64,000 bases of DNA from Scenedesmus sp. PABB004. Lineage: Eukaryota. Numbering within the stretch: the stretch's first letter is position 1; the number at the start of each line of letters is the position of its first letter. Made by a program: the position numbers and the translations under genes. Under the pieces are notes generated by a model. It saw nothing but the letters and a program-made list of their open reading frames with translations. It was not told the DNA's origin and ran no database searches. This document shows, piece by piece, positions 50,367 through 60,996 of the stretch. The stretch is from positions 186,001 to 250,000 of the forward strand of contig JABVCE010000019.1 in assembly GCA_014905635.1 (NCBI GenBank). The letters run 5' to 3'.

Positions 50367-51496
50367 CTGGCGCTGGCGCCGCGCCGCGCGCGGCCTGCTC
50401 AGCCTCGGAGCTGCCGGGCTGGGCCGCGCGGGCGCGGGCGCGGGCGGGGGCGGGGCGGGGCGGCGGCGCGTTTGGGGGACTCCACTGCAAGCGCTTGGGC
50501 TGCCGCTGGTGCTCGCGCCGGGATCACTGGAACGTGCTGCGGTGTCGCCGGCCACGACGACGTGTTGCGAGCGGCGGCCACGACGACGTGTGTTTGAACC
50601 TTGGGCTCGGCGCGCCCGCACCGTCAGCCGCGAAAGCGCTGCGGCGGCGCGGCCGGTGCGCGCGCTGGATGCGCGGGGGACGGGGGCGCAGTCGCCGCGC
50701 GGCGCGGGGCGCTGGAGCATGGGCGGGCGTGGGGCGGCCTTGCCGGAGCGCGCCCAGCCACGCGGTGTGTTGTGCGGGCTGGGCGCCCGTGCTTTTTTTT
50801 GCCAGCAGCATCGCGGCGCTGCGTCGCGGCGCCTCAGCGACACCAACAGACGAGCCAGCAGTCGAGTGCTTGTGGAACCGTCGACGCGGCACTGAACTGG
50901 TGGCGGGCGGGGGGAGGCTCGTGTGCCCGTGTGCGGCGTGTGTGGGGCGAGAGGTGGGATCGTAGCGCAGACGCCGTGTGTGTGTGAGAGCTGGGCGGCC
51001 GGCGCTTCCAGCCCGGCCAGCAGGCGGCCAGCACCGCCAGCGGGCGGCGGCCCGCGGCCGGCCGGGCGCGCCGCCGCTGCCGCGACAATTCGCCACGTCC
51101 AGCGGCTCGGCTGGCGCGATAAGCACACACGCGCGTGGCGCATTGCGCCACCCTCGGGAGCAGCAGCAGCTGCGCGGGCGCGGCCGTACGGGGAGTCCGG
51201 CACACCCAGGCCGCCCCGGCGCGCAGCGACCCGGCATCGCACTTACAGCTCAGCGTGAAAGCTCGTCGCCACCTCGCGCGCCTCTTCGCGCGCCCGCGCG
51301 GCCAGCAGCCTTGGCTTCCCGCGAGCGCTCGCCGCGCCGCGCTGCGGCCGCCCGGCAGCACGGCCGCAGGCGCGTCAGCTTTGTAAGCATCCTCTCCGTC
51401 TTTGAAGACCGGGCGCGCAGCGTCTGCGCCCGCGCGCGCTCGGGCAGGCAGCTCGGGCATCGGGCCTCGGCCACCACCCCCCGCGCCGCCTGCGCG

Positions 51497-53309
51497 ATGG
51501 TGTGCGAGCTGGCGCGCGCGGAGGGAGCTGCCAGCAGCGGCGGTAAGGCCGGGGAGCTGGTGGCGCCCGCGGCGGCGCCCGCGGCCGCGCGGGGCGCGTG
51601 CGTGGCGCCGCCGCTGCTGCGCAAGGCAGCGCCGGGCGGTGAGCTCTGCGCCGGCGGCTACCGTGTCGCGCACGGCGAGGTGCACCCCTACCACAAGTGC
51701 GGGCGGCGCCCCAGCGCCGCAGCGCGCAGCCGGCGGCAGCGCCGACAGCGCCTCGCGCGCGTTCGCTGCCGGCCGCGCGACGCGCCTGCGCGCCCGCCCG
51801 CCCGCAGGCCGGCCGTGCCGTCGCGCGAGGCCATGCTGGAGTCGCCCACCTACCCCGTGGTGGTCACTCCCAACCCCATGGTCAAGACGCAGGTGCGCCG
51901 GGGCCGGGCCGCCCGCGGTCGCACGCGGCGCGGGGCGCGGCCTGCCAGCAACCCCTCCGCCGCCGCGACGGCAGGTCATCAACGGCAGCACCGACCCGGC
52001 GCACGCGGTGCCCATCAACGGCGGCCCCGTGACCATCAGCTCGGGCTTTTTCGAGGGCGTGATGGAGATCCACCTGCGCGGCCTGCCCAACACGCAGCGC
52101 CACGTGTTTGAGGGCAAGAAGCGCTTCTTCCAGATCATGTGCCAGGTGCGCGCCCGGCGGCGGGCGGGCGGGCGCGACGGCCAAGCTCGCACGCCGCCTG
52201 GACCTTTTCGTGCTGACGCCGCCCCGGCCGCCGCTGCCGCCTTGGCCGCCGCCGCGCAGGGCCGCTTCAAGCGCCCTGTGTCCGCGGCAAGCCTGTGCAT
52301 GGGCCAGGAGTTTGTCAAGCCCGGCAACGCGCCGCCCTGGATTGGGGAGCTGGTGTTCACCGCGGCGGCCAAGGTCTTTTCCAACTCCACCCAGGTCGAC
52401 GCGTACGCCGGTGCGTGCTGCAGCCGCCGCCGCCGCCGCCCTGGCTGCTCCTGTGTACCTCTGTTCAGCGCGTGCGCGGTGGCCGCTCGACGCCTCTGCC
52501 GCCGCCGCCGCCGCCCCGGCAGAGCTGCCCTACTTTATGAACCCGCTGCTCGCCTCGTGCCAGCTGGTCAACGTGGCGCGGCCGGGCGAGGAGCCGGCGC
52601 TCGCGGAGGCGACCGAGGACATGCGGCTGTTCAGCCCCGCGCTCGCGGACAAGCACGGTGCGGCGGCGGCGGCGGCGCGCTGCAGCACGGCAGGCGGCGC
52701 CGGCGGCGGCGCGCGGAGCAGCGCCGCTGCGCCGCGGCGCGCGCACCTGCTCGCTGCGCCCGACTCGGCGCCTTGCCGGCGCGCAGGCGCGCCGCTCTGC
52801 CCGAGCCGGCGGCGCCGCTGGTGCGACGCGCCGGCGCACCTCGCGGGCCGCGTGCTGTGCACGGAGCACGTGTACACCTTTCACATCTGGCAGCACCTCA
52901 TCGACTTTTCGAGCTACAAGCTCAGCGTCGGTGGCTTTGTGAACGTCGACCTCGCCGCCGCGCTCAACGGGCAGCCGCTGCAGCTCACGGTCTCCGACAC
53001 CCAGGCGCGGCTGCGCGCGGCCGCGCGCGGCGAGGGAGGGAGGGGAGCTGCGCACACCACGCGGCGGCGCAGCAGGCTGGCGCCGGCGCGGGGCTTCAGA
53101 GGGCGAAGGAGACCTAAGCCCTGACCCCTCCCCTCCCCGCCCCACAGGCCAAGGAGCACCTGTTCAGCATGCTCGTGTGGCACGAGCGCCTGCTCTATGG
53201 TGAGGGCGAGGGCGGCGACGCGGGCGCGGGCCAGCTCGGCGAGCGGCTCGGCCGGCTCGGCGCGGGGCTCGCGAGCGCGCTCTGGGGCGGGCGCGGCAGG
53301 GCGGCGTGA
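51497..53309 (+). CDS. DUF1769-family protein, copy 2 (tandem paralogue)
   Basis: Same exon set and intron positions as 48590-50317, near-identical core, longer divergent N-terminus. Confidence 0.75.
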
Positions 53310-53863
53310 GCGCGCGCGCCGCGCATTGCGGCGGCGCTCGCCGGGCGCGCGCGACGCCGCCGACACTATTTTTGCACGTGCGGGCTGTGTAGCTGTCTCA
53401 GACTGTACAGCGGCTTGGAAGGGTCGTCGCGCGGCCGGCGCGGCTGCGGACGCCGCCGGCTGGCCGCGGCGTGCGCGCTACGGCGGCGGCGACGGCGATG
53501 CGGCGGCTGCCCGGCGCAGCGGCTTCCGGCGGAGGGGTGGTCGTTGGGAGGCCGTCCTGCGATCCACACGCACGCGTGACGCAGAACAGGCCCGCTGTCA
53601 TTTAACACAACTCAAACCTAGGCGCAGCATCCCCGCCGGGCTCCGGCACGCCCGACGAGCCACACGCACCGCCGACAGCGCTCGCACGCGAGCGCGGCCG
53701 CTGCAGAGCGCCCCAGCGCCCGCACCCGCCCCAGCCCGGCCGCCCCGGCACGCGCGGCCCCGATGCTGGCCCGCGCCTAGTCCGGCGGGTCGCTCGCACG
53801 CTCACTGCCTGCGGCTGAGCGCCGCGGGCGGCAAACGCGGGGCCGTGGCCATCGGTTGTTGCG

Positions 53864-55484
53864 ATGGCCTCCGGCCGCGCCCGGCGCAACACGGCGCCCG
53901 TGGACTACACCAAGACCAACTATGACACCGCCAACCCCGTCTGGCTGCAGGCGGAGAAGTCGGCGAGTGCCGCTGGCGGCGGCGCGGCGCGCGGCGCGGC
54001 GCGGCGGGGCCCCGCCGCTGCCGCTGCTCACCGCGCGAACGCCGCTGCCGCCGCCGGGGGCCAACGGCAGGGCCTCCTGGGGCGCCACGAGGACGACGTG
54101 GGCACGCCCGAGCTGAGCGCGCTGGGGCGGCCCAGCAGCGGCGCGGCCAAGCGCAGCAAGGCGCCGGCGCCGCGCCGCGACGACGAGCCGCGCGGCGCCC
54201 AGCACGCGCCCAGCCGGGCCAGCGGCGGCGCCAAGGCGGCCGCGTCGTCCGACGCGGAGCTGCCGCTGGCGCGGCGCCTCGAGGCGCACGCCCAGCCCGG
54301 CCACAAGCGGCCGCTGAGCGCCGCCGAGTCGGGCGACGCCGCGGCGCCCGGCGGCGCCGCCGACCAGGGCCCGCCCAAGAAGAAGCGCGGACGGCCGAGC
54401 AAGCAGGAGGCGGTGAACCGGGCCAACGGTGCGCCCCGCGCGCGTGCCCGCGCGGCGCCGGCGGTCCCCGCCGCCCGCTCACCAGCGCCGCCGCCGCCGC
54501 CGCCGGTGCTGCCCCGCCCCGCCCCGCAGCAGCGGCCGCCGAGGCGGCGGCGGCCGCCGCCACGCAGCGCAGCCGCGGCAGCTCCGGCGCGACAGCCCAC
54601 AGCGGTCGCGGCCTGCCCAGCAGCGCGGCGGCCGAGGAGGAGGAGGAGCCGGCGGTGCTGCCGCGCGCCGCGCCCGCCAAGGCCCGGCACGGCTCTGGCA
54701 GCGGCGCGAGCAGCAAGCACGGCGCGCGCGACGAGGAGCTGGCGACCACCGCCAAGCAGCACGGCGGCGCCAAGGCCGCCGCCGGCGGCGGCAAGAAGGC
54801 GGGCGGCAGCAAGAAGGCGGCGAGCGCACCCGCCGCGGCGGCCGCGGCCCGGGACGCCAGCCCCGGCAGCCGCGCGTCGGGCGGCGGCGAGGCGCGGCCC
54901 GCCGCGGACGCGGCGGCGCCCGCTGGCGGCAAGGCCCGCAAGGGCTCCGCCGCGAGCGCGGCCGGCAGCGGCGCCGCTGCCACCAAGAAGAAGGACCGCG
55001 CGGCGGCGGCCGAGCCGGAGCCCGCCGCGGCCGAGGAGGCCGCGGCAGGCCCGAGCAAGGCGGCCGCCGCCAAGAAGGGCCGCGCCGCGGCGCGCGGCGC
55101 GCCCGCCGCTGCGCCGCCCGCCACGCCCGACTCCGAGCCCGCGGCCGCCGGCGACGGGGGCGCCGCGGCCTCCCCGGCCGACGAGTATGCGACGCTGCAC
55201 GTGCGTGTTGCCTGTTCAGGGCGGTTGCGCGCCGCCCGTTCGCTCACAGCGAAAAGAACAAAACCGCAGGGCCGAACGAACACCAAACTAACACCACACT
55301 AACACACAACCCCGCCCGCGGGCGCAGGCCGAGTACCGGCGCCTGCACGGCATGTACGACGAGCTGAAGGCGCAGAAGATCGCCGAGATGGAGGGCCTGG
55401 TGGCGGAGCAGGACGCCTACATCCTGCGCATGGGCGAGGTGCGGCGGCGCCGGCGGTGGCGACGACTCCCAGTGACTGTTGGCA

Positions 55485-55556
<72 letters not shown>

Positions 55557-58517
55557 CCCGCGCAGCGTCGGCGCTGAGCCGGCGGCGGCGCGCGGCCGCG
55601 CCCCGCAGGAGGCGCGCGCGCTGGCCGAGCACTGGCGCAAGGAGGCGGAGGCGCAGCGCGCGGCGGCGGCGTCCGCGGGCGCGCCCGAGACGGCGCGCCA
55701 CATCAAGCAGCTGCAGGACAGCAACATCGCGGCCAACGCCGCGCTGCTCGAGAAAGACAAGGCCCTGCTGCAGGTGCGGCGCCAGCGGCCTGGCGCTGCG
55801 CCTGCCTCCTCGTGCGGGCAGGCGCGGCGCGCGCGGCGCACGCGGGCGGCCGCGCGGCGCGGCTGCCCACCCCCGGCCCTGCACCGCCGCCGCCGCCGCC
55901 GCGGGTTGCGCAGCTGCAGTCTGAGAGCGCTGCACAGATTGCCCAGCTGCAGTCGGAGAACGCCGAGCTCAAGCAGCGCCTGCTGGACGCGGGCGCGCGG
56001 CCGGAGGCCGCCAACGCGGGCATGCAGGCGCGCGGCGCGGGGCCGCTGCTCGGCGGCGCTGCGGCGCGGGCCGCGCGCGGCGCGCGCTCATGCGCGCCGC
56101 CCCGCCAACCCGCCCGCCCGCCGCCCGCCCGCCCGCCCGCCCCCGCCCGCCCGCCCGCCGCCCGCCCGCCCGCCCGCAGGCCGCGCCCAAGGCGGGCGAC
56201 GCGGCGCTGTCGCCGCTGACCGCTGGCGGCGCGGCGGCGCTCGCCGCCGCGCAGGCGGCCACGCCCGCGCCGCCGGGCTGCCAGTTCGCCGGCTCCCAGT
56301 TCCCCAGCCCGCCCGTGGCGCCCGTGCCGTCGCCGGGCGTCGCCTGCCAGTTCCCCACGCCCGGCGCGGGGCTCGTGGCTGGCGGCGCGGCCACGCCCGG
56401 CGCCGCGAGCGCCGCCGCGGCCGCGGCTGCCGCCGCGGCGGGCCAGGCGCCGCCGCCGGGGGCGGGCGACGCCGACAGCGTGCGCAAGCAGCTGCAGCTC
56501 TCCGGCGGCTCGTCGGCCGGCGGCGGCTCGTCGGCCGGCGGCGGCGCGTCGCGCGCGCGCAGCGCGGGCGGGTCGGGCAGCCCCGTCAAGGGTCTCATGC
56601 TTGCCGGCGGGGGCGGCGCGCCTCACGCGCCCTACAGCACGCCCGGCGGCATCAACGCCTTCATGTTTGCCGCGCCCTCCGCGCCCGGCGGCGCCGGCGC
56701 CGCGGCGGCGGCGGCCGCGACGCCCGGCGGGGGCAGCGGCGGCGAGTTTGCGTTCCGCTGCTCGCCCGCGGCCGCCGGCGGCGGCGGCCGCCGCAGCGCG
56801 CCGCCGCTGCCGCTCGCGGCCGCCGGCAGCGGCGGCAGCGCGGCGGGCAGCGGCGTCGGCGGCAGCGGTGGGCGCCCCGCGAGCGGCGACGTCGGCAGCT
56901 TTGTCGCGGGCCGCGGCACGCCCGCGGCGGCGGGCAGCGGCGCGCCGGCAGCGGCCGCCACGCCGCCCGGCCCCCGCGCGCCGCACTCGACGCCGGTCGG
57001 CGCGTTTGGCGCGCACAGCGACCCCAGCGGCGCGCTCACCGCGGCCGGCAGCTCGCGCCTCGCGGCGCTGCAGCTGCAGCAGGCCGGCGGCGCCAGCCCC
57101 GCGTCCGGCAGCCTGCTGCGCGCGCAGGCGCGCCACCGGCAGGTCGAGGAGCTGCGCGCGGCGATGCGGCAGGGCCTGGGGCCGATGATGGTCGCCGCGG
57201 GCGGCAGCGAGGCCACGGGCGCGGCCGGCGGCGTGTCGGCGGCCTCGCCGGCGCTCGTGCGCGGCCCGGGCGCGCTGCTGGCAGGTGCGCGGCTGGGCGG
57301 GCCCGCGCGCCACCGCGCTGGCCGAGCGCGCTGCGCAGCGCGCCCGCCGCGCGCACCTGGCTCACGTCCGCGTGCCTGCCCGCCCGCTGCGTGCCGCACC
57401 GCAGCCGTCGCGACGCCGCAGGCGCTCGTTGGCCGCACGCCGGCCTGCACGCCCGCGGCCGCCGGCGCGCCGCCGGCGAGCGTTGCGGGCGCCGCGGGCG
57501 CCGCCGCCCCGGGCAGCGCGGCGCGGCGGGGCGCCGCCGCCGCCGGCACGCCGGGCAGCGCCGCCGCGGCGCCCGCGTCGCGGCGCGCCACGCCGCGCAG
57601 CGCGCCGCGCAGCGCGACGCGCGGCCTCGTTCCGCTGACCTATCTGTGTGACTTTGCGCCGGAGGTGCTCGATGGCGGCGTCATCCAGTACCGCCACAGG
57701 TGCGTGGGGGGTGGGTGGTGCGGGCTGGGCCGGCGCTCGCGCCCCTGCCCGGCGGCTGCATTGCGTGCGCCCGACGCCGCTTGCTTGACCGCCCCGCCCC
57801 GCCCCGCCCCGCCCCGCCCCGCCCCGCTCCGCTCCGCTCCGCTCCGCTCCGCCCCGCCCCGCGTGCGCAGCGCGACTGGCTTCACTTTCCAGCTGGGGCC
57901 CGCGCAGTCGTCGCTGACCGCGGCCACGCCCGGCCGCAGCGCCGCCAGCGCCGCCGGCGGCAGCGACGACGAGGGCGACTGGGACGGCGAGACGGAGGGC
58001 GGGGAGGACTGGGACGAGGGCGAGGAGCTGAGCTTTGTCCCGGTCGCCATGGGCGCCGCCGAGGGCGCGCTGCCGGGTTTCCTCAAGGTCCGCCGCCGCC
58101 GCCGCCGCCGGCGCCGCCGCCGCCGCGGCCACCTTGCATGCGCGCGCGCTCGCGCGCCGCCGCCGCCGGCGCTGACCGCCGGCCGCCGCCCGCCCGCCTC
58201 CGCGCCGCCCGCGCCCGCGCGTCCCTGCCCTGCCTGCCCGCCCGCGCGTCCCGTCCCTGCAGGAGGCGATCACGTTTGCGCCGAGCCAGAAGCCTCAGTT
58301 CATGAAGCTGCTCTTCCAGGCCCTCGCCGACGCGACCAAGGCCGGCGGCGCCAGCGGCCGCGGCCGCGCGGGGCGCAGCCGCCGGCCCAGCCGCGCCGCG
58401 GCGGGCGGCGGCGGCGGCGACAAGGAAAACGCCGCCGCGGCGGCGGCGGCGGCGCCCGCCGGCGGCAAGGCGGGCGCCGAGGCGGCGCCGCGGGCGGCCA
58501 ACGCGCTGGGGCAGTGA
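53864..58517 (+). CDS. TITAN9/Csm1 (monopolin)-like protein with an AT-hook and long disordered regions
   Basis: AT-hook KKKRGRPSK; coiled coil EYRRLHGMYDELKAQKIAEMEGLVAEQ; C-terminal YRH/SATGFTFQL...ELSFVPVAMGAAEGALPGFLK/EAITFAPSQKPQFMKLL resembles the TITAN9/Csm1 RWD-type domain. Confidence 0.6.
55491..55550 (+). repeat. (TG)n microsatellite in an intron of the TITAN9-like gene
   Basis: Uninterrupted TG dinucleotide run. Confidence 0.95.
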
Positions 58518-58971
58518 GCCGGCGGCGGACGGCACTGGGCTGGGGCAATGGGCCGTTGCTGGCGGCGGCGCGGGGCAGGGCCAGGGGGAGGGAGTGGGCA
58601 GGGCGGCTGTGTGGGCTGACGCGACTGACGGGGGCGATGCGTGTGCACTGGCTGCGACGACGACGAGACGACGACGACGGCGCGGTGCGCGCGGCGACGG
58701 GGCACTGACGGCCTGCCAGCACCGATTGACGGCTCGATGACGCTGCGCGCACGGCTGCTGCCGCCTGTGTGCACGCGCACTCGCGCTCCCGCGGCGCCGG
58801 CGGGGGGCGGCCCAACGCACGCCGGGGCGCTCTGGCGTGCCTCTGGCTCGGCTCGGTTCGCCCGCGACTCGCGCAGCACTGCTGGCCGGCCGGGGCGCGT
58901 GGGAGAGAGTAAATCACCTCAAAAGGCTGGCCCGCAGCCGCGGGCGCTGCCACGCAGCCGCCCGCCGCGCG

Positions 58972-60720
58972 TCACGCCGCCGCCGGCGCGCGCGGCAGCT
59001 TGACTGCGTCGAAGCGCCGCCGCCGCCGCGCGCCGCCGCCGCCGGCGCGGCCCTGCGGCGCGAGCAGCTCCGCGGGCGAGAGCTCGCCGGCGTACAGGCG
59101 GAACAGCGGCAGCAGGTGCCGCGCCAGCTCGGCCGCGCTGAGGGACTTCAGGTCCACAAAGGGGATGCCGCGCGCCGCCGCGGCCGCGCGGTACTGCGCG
59201 CGCGCGCGCGCGGCGGCGGCGGGGCGGGGCGGCGGCAGCGGGCAGCGGCGGTGAGGCGGCGGCGACGCGGCGGCGGCCTGACAGTGCGAGCCGCACCGCG
59301 CGCGGGTGCACGGGCCTACTCGACCCCCGCAACCCCATGGCGCGCGCTGGGCCCTTAACCCGGGGCTCAGGGCGAGCCTACAAAACCCAAAACCGCAGCC
59401 CCCGCGCCGCCGCGCCCGCGCGCTCACGTCGTCATACTGGTAGTGACGCTCCCGGGGGCGGGGCTTGACGTGGAGCACCGCGTCCGCGTCGCCCGGCGCC
59501 GACGCAAACGCGAGCGCGCCGGGCGGCAGGCCGAGCTCCCACGCAAGCGCCAGCAGGCGGCGGCGGCTCACGCAGTAGAGGAAGAGGGAGAGACACAGCC
59601 CCCGGCTGGGGTCGCCGGGAGGGGGCGCGCCGGGAGCGCCGGGAGCGGCGGGAGCGCCGGCGCCGCCGATTCGCGCGTCGAGGCCGGGCAGCGCCTCCAG
59701 GCCGGGCAGCGCCGCGCCCGGCGGCGGCGGCTGCGGCGCCGGCTGCGGCTGCGGCTGCTGCTGCGCCGCCCCTGGCGCGGGCGCGGCGCCGCCGTCCGGC
59801 GGCGGCGCCGGCCGGCGCTTGGCGAGCGCGAACGAGGTCTGCGCGCGCGGGCTCACGAGGCGGGGAGGCGCGCCCGGCGCGGCCGCGCGCACGATGCGCC
59901 CCGCCGGCGAGAGCGTGAAGCTGTACAGCCCGCGCCGCTGCGCCGCGAGCAGCGCGCGGCGCGCGAGCACGCGCTGCCGCGGCGCGAGGCCCGCGCGCAG
60001 CGCCGCCGCGCTGCTGATGAAGGAGCCCCCGCCGGCGCCGCCGCCGGCGCCGTCGCATTCATCTGGCGCCGCCGGCTCTGCAGCAGCAGCAGCTGCTGCT
60101 GCTGCTGCTGCCGCTGCTGCTGCTGCTGCCGCTGCTGGCGCCGCCGCCGCGGCATGCCCGGCGCCGGGGTCGGGCGGCGGCTCCGGTGCGGCCGCCGCTG
60201 CTTCGGGCAGGTAGCCGCCGCCGCCGCCGGGGCGCCGCGGCGCCGGCGCGGCCGCAAACTGCTCCAGGAAAAGCTGCCGCTCCGCCGCCTGGATGTCCTC
60301 GTCGGCGGAGGCCGTCCAGCCGTCCTCCCCGGCGCAGGCAGCGGCGCCGGGCGCTGGCGCAGGCAGCAGCTGCGGCTTCGGCGCCGCACCCGCCGCGTCC
60401 GCGCCCGCGGCCGGGCCCTGGCCCGGGTGCTGCTGCTCCAGCAGATCCACCAACGGCTCCAGCAGCTCACCCGGCTCGCCGTCGTCGGGCGGCGGCGGCG
60501 CGGAGTCCGGCAGCGGCGGCGCGAGGCGGCGCAGCCGTGCGCCGCTCGCGGCGCCGCCCCGCGCCGCCGGCCGCGCCGCTGGCGCAGCGCTGCTGCTACT
60601 GTTGCGGTCCCGCTGCCGCGCGTGGCAGGGCCCGGGGAAAGAGCGACGGCCGCCGCCGAGCAGCGACACCAGCGGCGCCGCTGCTGCTGCTCGCGCACTG
60701 TTCACGGCGGAGACGCGCAT
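58972..60720 (-). CDS. Probable plastid-targeted protein containing a Ycf45 C-terminal-like subdomain, 2 exons
   Basis: Transit-peptide-like N-terminus; conserved-looking LFLYCVSRRRLLALAWELGLP...DADAVLHVK...AAARGIPFVDLKSLS. Intron 59427-59194 (GT..AG). Confidence 0.5.
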   Translation of the reverse strand: MRVSAVNSARAAAAAPLVSLLGGGRRSFPGPCHARQRDRNSSSSAAPAARPAARGGAASGARLRRLAPPLPDSAPPPPDDGEPGELLEPLVDLLEQQHPGQGPAAGADAAGAAPKPQLLPAPAPGAAACAGEDGWTASADEDIQAAERQLFLEQFAAAPAPRRPGGGGGYLPEAAAAAPEPPPDPGAGHAAAAAPAAAAAAAAAAAAAAAAAAAEPAAPDECDGAGGGAGGGSFISSAAALRAGLAPRQRVLARRALLAAQRRGLYSFTLSPAGRIVRAAAPGAPPRLVSPRAQTSFALAKRRPAPPPDGGAAPAPGAAQQQPQPQPAPQPPPPGAALPGLEALPGLDARIGGAGAPAAPGAPGAPPPGDPSRGLCLSLFLYCVSRRRLLALAWELGLPPGALAFASAPGDADAVLHVKPRPRERHYQYDDVSARARRRGGCGFGFCRLALSPGLRAQRAPWGCGGRVGPCTRARCGSHCQAAAASPPPHRRCPLPPPRPAAAARARAQYRAAAAARGIPFVDLKSLSAAELARHLLPLFRLYAGELSPAELLAPQGRAGGGGARRRRRFDAVKLPRAPAAA

Positions 60721-60996
60721 GCCCCGCGCATGCCCACCTGCGTAGAGGTCGACCGGCCAGAAGTGTGGGCGCGGCTGGGCAGCGAGCGCGGGCAGCTGCG
60801 CAGCTGGGAGTGGCAGCCGAAGAGGTGACCGGTCGCTTCGCCGCTTCTTCTGCGCTGGTCGTATGCGCCTGTGCGCTCGTTTCCTCGGCAGCGATCCACC
60901 CCAGCGACGGCATCACGCTTCCCCACCAGGGCGGCGTGCGGCGCCGCGGCGACGAGCGTCGCGCCGCGCGGCGAGCACCCGCACGGCGCAGCAGCC

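Noticed and set aside
50318..51496. Spacer between the DUF1769 copies as a hidden gene or mobile element
   Set aside because: No coding-like codon pattern, terminal repeats or transposase motif seen. It is consistent with 3' UTR plus promoter.
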